Below are positions 39,571-49,774 of a stretch of DNA of 56,853 nucleotides, one piece after another (positions within the stretch are counted from its first letter, which is position 1; each line of letters begins with the position of its first letter). The position numbers were made by a program, and so were the translations under genes. Source of the stretch: Verrucomicrobiia bacterium (lineage in GTDB: Bacteria; Verrucomicrobiota; Verrucomicrobiia; Limisphaerales; JAJOIW01); contig JAUIAG010000002.1 in NCBI GenBank assembly GCA_030425355.1, forward strand, positions 1-56,853. The letters run 5' to 3'. The notes under the pieces were generated by a model. It was not told where the DNA came from and ran no database searches. It saw only the letters and a list, made by a program, of their open reading frames with translations.

Positions 39571-40056
39571 TCAGCCCAGCTGGGATTCCGACCCCTCAGG
39601 AACCCGGTGATCGGGATGGGCTCTGGCACGCGCACGTCTGGACAGCTTGAGCATTCGTCCTGTCAGGATGATGGCCAGAATCGATGGCGCCGCCGCCACA
39701 ATGAACATGAACCACACGCCGCCGGGACTCTCGCGGGGCGATACTGCGACCACAAGAAAGGACAGACCGAGAATAGCGGATGGAATGAGACCGGCAGTGA
39801 GACCCGGGATGAGAATCCAACTGATCCATGGGTGGAGGCGAATAACAGATCGGGGGAGCAGCACAGTGATCCAGAGGCAGACCAGACCGACGACACAGGA
39901 GTAATAGAATGCGGCAAAACCGGGGCCGTGGGAGGAGGCGGGTTTTCCGGCGAGTTCAACACCGAGGGCCAGGCCCCCCATCCCCACGAGACTGGGAAGC
40001 GCGAGGAGTATTTCCCCCGCCCTGGCACACGCTGACTGCCATCTCATGTCGTGCAT
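39571..40056 (-). CDS. Hypothetical 4-TM membrane protein
   Basis: Hydrophobic-helix pattern on the minus frame, downstream of comM. The start is uncertain (40056 or 40047). A competing plus-strand ORF looks non-protein-like. Confidence 0.4.
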   Translation of the reverse strand: MHDMRWQSACARAGEILLALPSLVGMGGLALGVELAGKPASSHGPGFAAFYYSCVVGLVCLWITVLLPRSVIRLHPWISWILIPGLTAGLIPSAILGLSFLVVAVSPRESPGGVWFMFIVAAAPSILAIILTGRMLKLSRRARARAHPDHRVPEGSESQLG

Positions 40057-40178
40057 CCGGAACAGGAGACATCGGCATGAGATGAATATGCTTGAGGGCC
40101 CAGCCCGATGGTCACGCCATAATGATAGAGGACTGGCTCCATGACACCATGGCAACCATGAAAAAACGCGAAACGCGG

Positions 40179-41714
40179 CTAATCCCCCCAAATCTGCCGG
40201 TCCAGGGTCCGGTACTGAACGGCTTCGTAAAGGTGTGGGACGTCAATGTTTTCACTGGCGTCGAGGTCGGCGATGGTGCGGGCAACTTTGAGAATACGGT
40301 CGTAGGCACGGGCACTGAACTTGAGCTGACTCATGGCGGTTTTCAGCTCTTTGAGCACCGCCGGCCCCAGCTGGCAGTGATGCTGGATTTCGCGGGCACC
40401 CATCTGGGCATTGCATCGGCAGCATGGGTTGTCCCCGAACCGCCGGTTCTGAATTTCGCGTGCCCTGATGACCCTTTCGCGGATCTGCGCGGAGGACTCC
40501 CCGTCGGGTCGGGCGGCCATGTCCTGGAACCTCACCTTGGGCACCTCGACATGAATGTCAATGCGGTCGAGCAGTGGACGCGATATTCTGCCAAGGTATT
40601 TCTGGATTTCCCGCGAGGTGCTCCCGGATTCGGCCGGCATCTTCCCATCGGGAGTGGGATTCATGGCTGCCACCAGCATGAATCGTGCAGGGAAGGTGAA
40701 TGTGCCGGCCGCGCGGGATATGGTGACTCTGCCCTCCTCGAGCGGCTGTCTCATGGTTTCCAGGACACTGCGTTTGAATTCCGGAAGCTCATCGAGGAAG
40801 AGAACACCGTGGTGTGCCAGCGAGATCTCGCCCGGAGCCGGGTTTGCGCGCCCGCCGAGGAGTCCGGCGTCACTGGCGGTATGATGCGGTGTCCGGAACG
40901 GACGCCGTGTGATGAGTGGCTGCCTTGTAGGGAGTGTTCCGGCGATGCTGTGCACTTTGGTGGTTTCAAGAGCCTCCATCAGCGTCAACGGAGGGAGGAT
41001 AGTCGGCAGTCGCTTGGCCAGCATGGACTTGCCGGTTCCCGGAGGGCCTATCATCAGTATATTATGGCTGCCGGAGGCGGCGATCTCCATGGCACGCTTG
41101 ACGCTTTCCTGGCCCTTGACTTCACGGAAGTCGAGAGGGCTGTCGGACTGCTCATTCTCAAACAGGCTTTCCACCCGTATTTTAAGGGGCTTGACTTCCT
41201 CGCGGCCGCGAATGAACTCCACGGCCTGCCTCAGGTCATGGATTGGAAAGACATTCAGACCTTTGACCACGGCAGCTTCGGGTGCCTTGGGTGGCGCCAC
41301 AAGCAGACCGCGACAATGATGCCGCCGGGCTTCCAGGGCAACGGGCAGAACGCCCCGGGCCGGCCGGAGGCGGCCATCAAGAGCCAGTTCCCCGAACATC
41401 CACCAGCCCTCCAGATCGGCGTTGGTCAAATGCTGCCCCGTCGCCGCTATCATGGCCAATGCAATTGCCAGATCGAAACACGGCCCCTCCTTCCTCTTGT
41501 CGGCCGGTGCCAGACTTATGGTGGTGTGACCCACGGGGATGGTGAAACCGCTGTTGTTCATGGCAGACAGGACCCTGTCCTTGGATTCCCGAACCGCCGC
41601 ATCCGGCAGGCCCACAACACTTATTTTCGGATCACCACCGGAGACAAAAACTTCCACCTCCACTTCGTAGGCATCCACACCATAGACACTCGCACTCCTG
41701 GATTTTCCCAGCAT
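40179..41714 (-). CDS. comM: YifB/ComM-family Mg-chelatase-like AAA+ ATPase
   Basis: Lon-protease-like N-terminal domain, Walker A MIGPPGTGKSMLA, the GVLFLDELPEF block and a C-terminal ChlI-like domain. Confidence 0.9.
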   Translation of the reverse strand: MLGKSRSASVYGVDAYEVEVEVFVSGGDPKISVVGLPDAAVRESKDRVLSAMNNSGFTIPVGHTTISLAPADKRKEGPCFDLAIALAMIAATGQHLTNADLEGWWMFGELALDGRLRPARGVLPVALEARRHHCRGLLVAPPKAPEAAVVKGLNVFPIHDLRQAVEFIRGREEVKPLKIRVESLFENEQSDSPLDFREVKGQESVKRAMEIAASGSHNILMIGPPGTGKSMLAKRLPTILPPLTLMEALETTKVHSIAGTLPTRQPLITRRPFRTPHHTASDAGLLGGRANPAPGEISLAHHGVLFLDELPEFKRSVLETMRQPLEEGRVTISRAAGTFTFPARFMLVAAMNPTPDGKMPAESGSTSREIQKYLGRISRPLLDRIDIHVEVPKVRFQDMAARPDGESSAQIRERVIRAREIQNRRFGDNPCCRCNAQMGAREIQHHCQLGPAVLKELKTAMSQLKFSARAYDRILKVARTIADLDASENIDVPHLYEAVQYRTLDRQIWGD

Positions 41715-42242
41715 AGATATTCTGTATTCGTTAAAAACGGCCCGCCATCATGCGGTCTCAGATCGTGGAGAATTGCATTCCACTTCCCCAATTGCTCCGA
41801 ATCAGCCGGGTTGACCTGTCAGAAGAGTCAGCCTCCCTTCACTCAGGAATGCATCCGGAAAACAGCATCAAAGTTACCGGATGCAGAGAATCTCAGGAGT
41901 CATGATTGTTCCAATCGAAACACAGGGCACACAGCCAGACTGGTGAACACACCCGCCAAGCTCTTCTCACATCACTCATACACACACGCATCAGAGCATG
42001 TGAATGGATAATAAAATTTGATCTCCGTGTCAATGCCCCCGGCGAATTCAAAATGGTGACAGGTACATTCTTCCTGTGGTGAGGGGTGCTGAATTCCGGG
42101 TTGGGGTTCATGTAACACTTCCCGATTTATGGGGTCTGAATGTTTGAGGTCCACGAAATGGACCGCGATCCAGATCCGCGGCAATGGCTGAATCACCCGC
42201 TTCGGAAACGGAGTGGATTGATTGGTCCGGAAATCGCTCACA

Positions 42243-43784
42243 ATGACAGACATGAAAAACCACAGGCCGAAGGTTTATTTTACCTTCAATTTTTATTTGA
42301 TGATCCCGCTCATCGCGATTGTCTTCGGAACCTCCAGCAGGGCGGATGAAACACCCGCCGAAGGCGACATGGCCCCGGAATTCCACCCCCGGGTGGCCAC
42401 GGTTATTTACGGGAAGTGCAGCCAGTGCCATCGCCCCGGACAGGCGGCACCATTTCCTCTGCTGAGCTACGGGGATGTTTACAAGCGCGGCCGACAGATC
42501 AGAGATGTGGTGGAGTCGGAGTATATGCCGCCGTGGAATGCGGCGAGCCGCGATCTTCAATTCCACGGGGACCGCCGGCTGAGTCCGGAGGAAAAGGCGA
42601 CATTGATTGAATGGATTGACGCGGGAATGCCGGAGGGGGATGAGACCAGAGCTCCCTCACCTCCGGAATTCGCCGACGAGTGGTTTGCCGGGACCCCGGA
42701 CATGGTGGTCAGCATGCCTGAAGCCTTCGAAGTGTACGCTGAGGGCCGCGACATTTACCGGAACTTTGCCATGCCCCTGAACAACGACCGGACCCTGTAT
42801 CTCAAGGCGATTGAAATCCGGCCCTCATCCCGCGCCGTGGTGCACCATGTTCTGTATTTTGTGGACGCCACTGGTGCCTCCATTGCAAAGGACCGGGAGG
42901 ATCCGCTTCCGGGATTTGACGGTATGGGATTCACTTCAAGATTGCGGGGCATTGGGGGCTGGGCTGTCGGCGGAGTCCCGGTGCCACTCCCGGACGGGAT
43001 GGCCCATGAACTGCCTCCCAACTCGACCATTGTGCTTCAGACTCACTTTCACCCGACCGGCAAAGTCGAAAGGGAGTCAACGACCCTGGGCCTGTATCTG
43101 TCTCAGGATCCGCCGACGCGGGACTTCACCGGCATTCAGCTGCCTCCACGGTTCGGTGCCCTCGCGGGTGTGGATATTCCTGCGGGTGAGGCCGACTACA
43201 CGGTCCATGACTCCTTTACGCTCCCCTGTGCAATCGAGGCTTTTGGTGTGAGCGCCCATGCTCATTACCTTGGAAAGGTGTTGAGAATGGATGCCGAACT
43301 TCCGGATGGGAGATCGATCGAACTTCTGCGTATCGACGAATGGGATTTCAACTGGCAGGAGGGTTATCTCTTCGCCGAACCACTTCAGCTGCCGGCGGGC
43401 ACGCGGATCTCGGCCATGGTTTCATGGGACAATTCCGCAGCCAATCCTGCCAACCCGCATAACCCACCCCGCAGGGTCCGGTGGGGGCCGTATTCCTACG
43501 ATGAAATGGGGAGTCTGACACTCAGAGTCAGCCCGATCGATGGAAAAGAAATTTCCACGCTTAGGGCCGCGCTGGCGGACCACCAGACTTACGCGGTGGC
43601 CACCCAGATACTGAAACGCGCGTCGACGCGTGATTCCGATAGACTGAATTTCTTTCAGAAGCGCATACTGCAGTTTGACGTCAATGGAAATGGTCTGTTT
43701 GATCCGGATGAGAAGGATGAGCTTATGTCGGCCATTCGGAGAATGAATCTCCGTCTTGGAGAGAGGCTGAATAACAGCTTTTAA
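42243..43784 (+). CDS. Exported heme-c domain fused to a PHM/DBH-like copper type II monooxygenase fold, with a C-terminal EF-hand loop
   Basis: Signal peptide. CSQCH...YMPPW heme-c module. Copper-ligand motifs VVHHVLYF, VLQTHFH, HAHYLGK and YDEMGS. EF-hand loop DVNGNGLFDPDE. Confidence 0.75.
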   Translation: MTDMKNHRPKVYFTFNFYLMIPLIAIVFGTSSRADETPAEGDMAPEFHPRVATVIYGKCSQCHRPGQAAPFPLLSYGDVYKRGRQIRDVVESEYMPPWNAASRDLQFHGDRRLSPEEKATLIEWIDAGMPEGDETRAPSPPEFADEWFAGTPDMVVSMPEAFEVYAEGRDIYRNFAMPLNNDRTLYLKAIEIRPSSRAVVHHVLYFVDATGASIAKDREDPLPGFDGMGFTSRLRGIGGWAVGGVPVPLPDGMAHELPPNSTIVLQTHFHPTGKVERESTTLGLYLSQDPPTRDFTGIQLPPRFGALAGVDIPAGEADYTVHDSFTLPCAIEAFGVSAHAHYLGKVLRMDAELPDGRSIELLRIDEWDFNWQEGYLFAEPLQLPAGTRISAMVSWDNSAANPANPHNPPRRVRWGPYSYDEMGSLTLRVSPIDGKEISTLRAALADHQTYAVATQILKRASTRDSDRLNFFQKRILQFDVNGNGLFDPDEKDELMSAIRRMNLRLGERLNNSF

Positions 43785-43928
43785 ACCAGATCCTCAGATT
43801 GTCCCGGCGGTCACATGGGGACGACGGATTACGGTGGACAAGGCCCCATGGAGGGATGGGCCTGTTACATATCTTTTACTTGCCTCGTTCAAAACACGGA
43901 CCTACCATGAACTGAATCCACCGATCCC

Positions 43929-44687
43929 ATGAACACAAGGCATCCGTCTGTTGGAAGCTCACGCTTATCGCGAGTGGCATTTACTCTGATTGAGCTACTG
44001 GTTGTCATTGCGATAATCGCGGTCCTCGCCAGCATGCTTCTCCCGGCCATCTCCAAAGCCAAGGAGCGGGCACAAAGAACCAAGTGCGCCAATAATCTGA
44101 AGCAGATCATGCTGGCGACACATCTTTATATGAATGACGCGGAGGACAATGTTCCTCACCCAACATGGGGGTCGAGTGAGTTGAATATTCCCGGCTGGGC
44201 TTATACAGCAACGGTTGTTCCAAGGGATCCCCGATTCAAGGTCGAGCTGGGCCAGCTGTGGCCGATGCTGAGAAACCGGGCTATATACCGCTGTCCTCTT
44301 GACTACACCAACACGGCATTGTTCCGGCTGCGGAACCAGCAGGTAACCAGCTACGTTATGAACGGAGCCTTCTCATCATTCTCAACGGGCATTGATGGCC
44401 GGAAGGGGTTGACCTACAAAGCCACGCTCTTCAACGGAGACGACATCATGTTTTGGGAAACCGATGAGACAACCCCAAGTTTCTGGGACAACGCAGCCAG
44501 CTTCCCGCATGAGGGACTGACCCGACGGCACAATGAGGGAGGCAATGTCGCCTCACTCGGCGGGCATGTCGAGTTCATGAAGACCAGTGAATATTTCAAA
44601 ATCTCGGGTTTTTCCCGTGATTTCGGGGGCCGTCGTCCGGGCAGACTGTGGTGCGAACCGAAGAGCCGACGTGGAGATGGCCGGTAA
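43929..44687 (+). CDS. Prepilin-type N-terminal methylation domain protein, H-X9-DG (DUF1559-like) family
   Basis: [23 protein letters not shown], followed by KCANNLKQI and a C-terminal [16 protein letters not shown]. Confidence 0.8.
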   Translation: MNTRHPSVGSSRLSRVAFTLIELLVVIAIIAVLASMLLPAISKAKERAQRTKCANNLKQIMLATHLYMNDAEDNVPHPTWGSSELNIPGWAYTATVVPRDPRFKVELGQLWPMLRNRAIYRCPLDYTNTALFRLRNQQVTSYVMNGAFSSFSTGIDGRKGLTYKATLFNGDDIMFWETDETTPSFWDNAASFPHEGLTRRHNEGGNVASLGGHVEFMKTSEYFKISGFSRDFGGRRPGRLWCEPKSRRGDGR

Positions 44688-44762
44688 TCACCGGACCGGA
44701 TTTCAAAGTTGATATATTGTCCGTCAACCAGTTGCCGCAGATCGTCCTGTAGACAGAAAATT

Positions 44763-45188
44763 ATGCAAACAAGGTTTCAAATTATCAATGCACTGTTCAC
44801 CGGATTCCGGATCCGCGGGATGGCACTGGTGCTGGGCGCGATGATTCTGGTCAGTTGCGGAGGGGAAAAATCCGACCCGCTTGCGGCGATTCCCGAGTCG
44901 ATACCGGCCAGTTCGAAACAGCTTGAAAAGGTCTTCAGTCAGGCGCCGCCGCGGGTTAAATCCCAGTCACAGAAGCTGATTGAGGCGTATCAGCGTGGAG
45001 ATTTTGAAGAAGCGGCGGGGATGGTGGTGCAGATGCAGAATAATCCCGAGCTGGATTTTGACCAGCAGTGGGCCATCCGCAATTCCCGCAGTGCACTGGA
45101 AAAAAATCTCGCCAGAGGTGTGGAGGCCGGTGATCCCAAGGCCATTGCAGCCTTTCGTCGCCTTCAGGGATCGGCTGCCAGCCAGTAG
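44763..45188 (+). CDS. Hypothetical lipoprotein
   Basis: Signal peptide with lipobox ILVSC. 141 aa, helical. Confidence 0.5.
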   Translation: MQTRFQIINALFTGFRIRGMALVLGAMILVSCGGEKSDPLAAIPESIPASSKQLEKVFSQAPPRVKSQSQKLIEAYQRGDFEEAAGMVVQMQNNPELDFDQQWAIRNSRSALEKNLARGVEAGDPKAIAAFRRLQGSAASQ

Positions 45189-45235
45189 CGCACCCTGACC
45201 CTGCAGATACAGAATCCTGTCCGGGCAGATGATTT

Positions 45236-46168
45236 TTATCTGCCGTTCAGATCCGGTTGGGAGTGCGACTGGGTCATGAGGTAGACAATCTCCGAACCAG
45301 GGGGGAAATGCCTTTCACGAATCAGCTGCCGGAGTCCGAACAGTGCTTTGGCGGTGTAAACCGGTTCAGGGCGGATTCCGGTCGAGCCTTCGAACTCTTC
45401 AACGAATTCCAGCAGCTCCGGATGGAATTTGGCGTATCCACCGAAGTGAAATCGTGTCTCGAGTGTCCACGAAGTGCGTGGCAGCCGTGTTCCACTGATT
45501 TCAAGCAGACTGGCGATATCGTGGTAGAGAAATTCGCCGCCACGGAGAGCGGGAAATCCAATGACGAGGGCCTGTCTGCCAATGGCGCTCAGACAGCCGG
45601 CCATGGTGCCCCCCGTCCCGCAGGGAAGGCACAGATAATCGAATGGAATCGCAATTTCCCCAACAAGGCGGGCGACTCCCGGGAGAGCCAGCCGGTTGGT
45701 TCCGCCTTCCGGAATCCAGTAGGTCCCGGGGCCATTCCGGCTGATCCACCGGCTGACAGCGGCGGGGTTGGAACGGTTCCGATACTCCATGCGGGAAAGC
45801 CACTGCAGGGCCATCCCGTTCTTCCTGCATTGCTGCAGGATCGGGCTTGGATGGACGGGGCGTTCTCCCCGGACCAGCGCTGTCGTTTCGAAGCCGAACT
45901 CCCTGCCTGCGGTCGAGACAGCCAGCAGGTGGTTGGACCATGCCCCACCGGGCGTCAATAGTTTCCTGTAGCCGCGACTGGAAGCTTCCAGCAGATTGAA
46001 CTGCAGCTTTCTGAATTTATTGCCGGAAAGCGGCCCCTCAATCCGGTCATCCCTCTTGAGCCAGACCCGCACCCCGCCCCGGAGAAAAGGCGGATAGTGA
46101 CAGAGTTCCAACGGCGAAGCGGGGCTGTGAATGTCGTGAAGCGGAAGCGGGAAGGACGGGGAAGGCAT
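45236..46168 (-). CDS. PLP-dependent ACC deaminase / D-cysteine desulfhydrase family protein
   Basis: SGNKFRKLQFNL (PLP lysine block) and a GTGGTMAG glycine loop. ATG at 46168, 47 nt after the upstream stop. Confidence 0.8.
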   Translation of the reverse strand: MPSPSFPLPLHDIHSPASPLELCHYPPFLRGGVRVWLKRDDRIEGPLSGNKFRKLQFNLLEASSRGYRKLLTPGGAWSNHLLAVSTAGREFGFETTALVRGERPVHPSPILQQCRKNGMALQWLSRMEYRNRSNPAAVSRWISRNGPGTYWIPEGGTNRLALPGVARLVGEIAIPFDYLCLPCGTGGTMAGCLSAIGRQALVIGFPALRGGEFLYHDIASLLEISGTRLPRTSWTLETRFHFGGYAKFHPELLEFVEEFEGSTGIRPEPVYTAKALFGLRQLIRERHFPPGSEIVYLMTQSHSQPDLNGR

Positions 46169-46214
46169 TTTCAGTGGATCCGGACGGAGGTTCAATTGGT
46201 CAGCTGCCTGCCCC

Positions 46215-47027
46215 TCACGCCTCGTCCAGCAGCTGATGCATGCGGTCGATGCCAACCTTCAGCACCTCGAGGGGATCACGGGCCCAAAGGTCGGCATTGA
46301 AGAGTTCAAGGGATACTGTTCCCGAGTATCCGATTTCGCGGAGCACGGCGATCTCACCCTGCAGATCAATCTGGCCTTCGCCAAGCATGACCCGATCCGG
46401 ATCGGTCTGAGTCCCGGCGGGTTTGTCCGGACGGGCATCGTCGATGTGGTAATGACTGATTCGGGACGCGGGAATTTTGCGGAGATCATCCAGAGTCGAG
46501 CCGCTGTTCCAGTTATGGAAGGCATCCAGGATCAGTGTTGCATCGGGATCGTCGGTCTCTTCGACTATCGCCCAGGCCTCGGACAGGCTGCGGACTGATT
46601 TGAAAAATCCGATATATTCGAAAGTCGGTCTGACACCTGTTTCACGACCTATGGCGAGCAGATCCCGGTATCGGCTGGCAATCTGGCGATGATCACATTC
46701 TGATCTGGGTGGGGTGGCCACCAGCCACGGGGAACCGATCCGCGCCGCCAGCTCCATCCGACGACGGACCTCATCAAGCGCCAGCTGGTATTCGGGGCCA
46801 ACCGCGTCTGCCCATTGGCGGCACGCAATTGCACAGGGAACAAAAAGGCCGTTGTCCGAAAGAGCTTTTTCTATGTCACTGACCTCGCCGCCCCGCCCGA
46901 CGTGTTCGTATATGTCATTGATCCACAGTTCCACCCCGACAAACCCCGCCCGGGCCGCCAGTTCAATTTTCTTCAGAACCGGCTGGGGCTTTATAGTGCT
47001 GGTATTCAGACACAGTTTATAGGACAT
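46215..47027 (-). CDS. Sugar phosphate isomerase/epimerase (xylose isomerase-like TIM barrel)
   Basis: Typical pattern: LCLNTSTI, GFVGVELW, FEYIGF, HYHIDD, SLELFN. ATG at 47027. Confidence 0.75.
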   Translation of the reverse strand: MSYKLCLNTSTIKPQPVLKKIELAARAGFVGVELWINDIYEHVGRGGEVSDIEKALSDNGLFVPCAIACRQWADAVGPEYQLALDEVRRRMELAARIGSPWLVATPPRSECDHRQIASRYRDLLAIGRETGVRPTFEYIGFFKSVRSLSEAWAIVEETDDPDATLILDAFHNWNSGSTLDDLRKIPASRISHYHIDDARPDKPAGTQTDPDRVMLGEGQIDLQGEIAVLREIGYSGTVSLELFNADLWARDPLEVLKVGIDRMHQLLDEA

Positions 47028-47216
47028 GGAGGGATTTCCTAGCATATCCGCTGCCGTCAGGCCAGCCTGCTCCCATGGTGCCAGGTACATTATTCCTGCA
47101 CCGGGTGCCATGCACTTTCTGCATGAAGCCCGGGGGTAGGGTTTTGAGGAGAGCTGAAGGAAGAGGCCGGCAGCGGGTGTGCCAGACAGACACATTGTGC
47201 CTGGCACCTGTCGCTT

Positions 47217-48215
47217 TCAGGAATGGCTGCGGTTTCTGGCAGAGAGGTGGTTGAGAGCAGCCTGGGTCATTTCCTGAATCATGCGTTCAAATGAAATGGA
47301 GGGGGCCCAGCCAAGAACGGTCCGGGCGCGTGAGTTGTCACCAATGAGCTTCTTGGGATCCGCCGGGCGCATGAATCGCGGATCGCGCTCGATCAGGTCC
47401 TTCCAGTCCAGGCCAACATAGTCAAAAGCGATTTCGACGATGTCCTGGACCTTGTGGGAGACTCCGGTGGCGATGATGTAATCATTGGCCTTCTCCTGCT
47501 GGAGAGCCATCCACATGGCCCGCACGTAATCGCGGGCATCGCCCCAGTCTCTTTCCGCAGAGGTGTCTCCCATGCGGAGCTTGTCCTGAATGCCGAGTTT
47601 GATCGCCGCGGCGGACTGACAGATTTTCTGAGTGACGAAATTTTCACCGCGACGCGGGGACTCATGATTATACATGATTCCATTGGAGGCGTGGAGCCCG
47701 AAGGAATCTCTGTAGACACGGACCATGCTGGTGGCGAAGGCTTTGGCACATCCGTACGGACTAACGGGCCGGTACGGGGTGTTTTCGTCCTGGGGTGCAC
47801 TGTCCGGGGAACCGAAGATTTCGCTGGAGGCAGCATGAAAAAAGCGGGGAGCACCTGGGAGATCGCGAAGGATTTCGAGAATCCGCAGGGTACCCATGGC
47901 CGTGTCATCGCAGGTGGATTCGGGGATTTCGAAGCTCAGGCCAACGTGGCTCTGGCCGGCAAGGTGGTAAATTTCCTCCGGCGCCACACGCATCAGAAGC
48001 CGACGGAGGTTGGTGACATCGTTGAGGTCGGCGTAATGAAGGTGAAGGCGACTGCCATAGATGGAGGTATCCTGATAGAGGTGCCGCAACCTGGAGCGAT
48101 CCAGACTTGATGTACGGCGCACACTGCCGTGCACTTCATAATCCTTTTCCAGCAGCAGCTCGGTGAGATAGGAGCCGTCCTGGCCGGTAATACCTGTGAT
48201 GAAAGCCTTGGGCAT
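47217..48215 (-). CDS. GDP-mannose 4,6-dehydratase paralogue (divergent copy)
   Basis: [32 protein letters not shown] and [13 protein letters not shown]. Collinear similarity to the adjacent gmd over the full length. Confidence 0.8.
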   Translation of the reverse strand: MPKAFITGITGQDGSYLTELLLEKDYEVHGSVRRTSSLDRSRLRHLYQDTSIYGSRLHLHYADLNDVTNLRRLLMRVAPEEIYHLAGQSHVGLSFEIPESTCDDTAMGTLRILEILRDLPGAPRFFHAASSEIFGSPDSAPQDENTPYRPVSPYGCAKAFATSMVRVYRDSFGLHASNGIMYNHESPRRGENFVTQKICQSAAAIKLGIQDKLRMGDTSAERDWGDARDYVRAMWMALQQEKANDYIIATGVSHKVQDIVEIAFDYVGLDWKDLIERDPRFMRPADPKKLIGDNSRARTVLGWAPSISFERMIQEMTQAALNHLSARNRSHS

Positions 48216-48322
48216 GGGTTAGGAAGCCCCGGAGGGGGATGAGTTGATGAATAAAAATGGAGGCAGCGGGCGAAATGGATCACCCGCGGCAGAATTGCGT
48301 ATGGTCCAGGCGCAGATGGCGT

Positions 48323-49336
48323 TCAGGAGCGGACGGCTATATTGCCTGACCGGTGGTCATGAAGCAGTTTGACATCCGCCTCAACCATGAGTCTGACAAG
48401 GTCGGCAAAGCGTGTTTTAGGCTCCCAGCCCAGTTTTTCCTTCGCCTTGGCATAATCCCCGATGAGGATATCCACTTCAGCAGGGCGGTAATACCGGGGA
48501 TCGATTTCCACATAATCCTGGTAATCGAGGCCGACATGACCGAAAGCGATTTCGAGGAATTCCCGGACGGAATGGGTCTCGTTGGTGGCGACGACATAAT
48601 CATCACCCTGTGGCTGCTGGAGCATGAGCCACATGGCCTCGACATATTCCTTGGCGTATCCCCAGTCGCGCTTGGCGTCGAGGTTGCCCAGGAAAAGTTT
48701 CTTCTGCAATCCGGCTTTTATGTGGGCCACGGCGCGGGTGATTTTTCTGGTGACAAAAGTCTCTCCACGGCGTGGTGATTCATGGTTGAAGAGGATGCCG
48801 TTACTGGCATGCATGCCGTAGGACTCGCGGTAATTCACCACTGCCCAGTAGGAAAAGACCTTGGCGCAGGCATAGGGACTGCGGGGGTAGAACGGTGTGG
48901 TCTCGGTCTGGGGTATTGCCATGACCTTGCCATACATCTCACTGGAGCTGGCCTGGTAAAAGCGCGGCTGGATTCCGGCCTGACGGATGGACTCCAGAAG
49001 ACGGATGGTTCCCGTGCCGTCGACATCAGCGGTGTATTCAGGGGCATCAAAGCTCACGCGGACATGGCTCTGGGCTGCTAGGTTGTAAACCTCATCCGGC
49101 TGAATTTCAGCAATAAGCCGTGAGAGACCACTGCCGTCGCTCAAGTCCCCGTAGTGGAGCTGGAGGTGCCGGCCATGCTTCTGGGGGCCTTCGTAAAGCT
49201 CGTCCAGTCTTCCGGTATTGAATGTGCTCGCTCGCCGGATTATGCCATGGACTTCGTATCCTTTTTCTATCAGAAGTTCCGCCAAATACGATCCATCCTG
49301 GCCGGTGACTCCGGTGATTAGTGCCTTCTTAGTCAT
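48323..49336 (-). CDS. gmd: GDP-mannose 4,6-dehydratase
   Basis: [66 protein letters not shown]. Confidence 0.9.
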   Translation of the reverse strand: MTKKALITGVTGQDGSYLAELLIEKGYEVHGIIRRASTFNTGRLDELYEGPQKHGRHLQLHYGDLSDGSGLSRLIAEIQPDEVYNLAAQSHVRVSFDAPEYTADVDGTGTIRLLESIRQAGIQPRFYQASSSEMYGKVMAIPQTETTPFYPRSPYACAKVFSYWAVVNYRESYGMHASNGILFNHESPRRGETFVTRKITRAVAHIKAGLQKKLFLGNLDAKRDWGYAKEYVEAMWLMLQQPQGDDYVVATNETHSVREFLEIAFGHVGLDYQDYVEIDPRYYRPAEVDILIGDYAKAKEKLGWEPKTRFADLVRLMVEADVKLLHDHRSGNIAVRS

Positions 49337-49756
49337 CTTGGGTCATTCGTTGGAATCCACCTCTGCCGTTTTCTGAACGAAAACCGGCGTGGTTCATTTC
49401 TTTACACTGTATCCTATCGGCAGGCACTCCTACAACCATTAGACCGTTCCCGACAAATGAGTAAGATTTTTTTTTTGCGGTTCTTAGGGTGTTAATTTCT
49501 TGAGGCCGGATGCTTATGGCAAAATAATACCGTATCGATGGCCGCATGGCGGGAAATCGGGGGTCTCCTTGTCTCCGGGTTTGAGAAGACACAAACGACG
49601 CCCGACGAAGGCATTGCACAAACGGCTGGTCAATACGGAAAAAATGTGCCGGTGATATGGTTTGTCTGATTTCTGGACAGTCCGGGAAAAAACTGTTCCA
49701 TTTTGGTGGACAGTCGATGAAGGCGTAAAGATGAAGTGACCACCAGCCGCCAGAAA

Positions 49757-49774
49757 ATAGGGCCCTTCGGCCTG
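49757..49774 (+). repeat. 18-nt motif ATAGGGCCCTTCGGCCTG, copy 2
   Basis: Exact copy of 38744-38761. It ends 41 nt upstream of the MBOAT ATG. Confidence 0.6.

Noticed and set aside
39535-40035. 166-aa plus-strand ORF competing with the minus-strand membrane protein call
   Set aside because: The translation is Gly/Arg/Glu/Thr-rich with no hydrophobic core or motif. The minus frame gives four clean TM helices, so the minus-strand call was preferred, and even that only at low confidence.
40092-42011. 639-aa plus-strand ORF covering the comM locus
   Set aside because: It is antisense to a clearly recognisable YifB/ComM gene. Its composition is Gly/Arg/His/Pro-rich and no motifs are present. This is a typical shadow ORF in GC-rich coding DNA.
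41715-42242. About 500-nt gap upstream of the PHM-like gene, scanned for tRNA, riboswitch or small-gene signals
   Set aside because: I found no T-loop or anticodon-arm pattern, no recognisable riboswitch core and no convincing ORF. It is left unannotated. An Rfam scan would be needed to say more.
45224-45244. 7-bp hairpin GGCAGAT-N7-ATCTGCC between convergent genes, considered as a terminator
   Set aside because: The right arm overlaps the stop codon of the minus-strand gene, the stem is short, and the only T-run lies in the loop.
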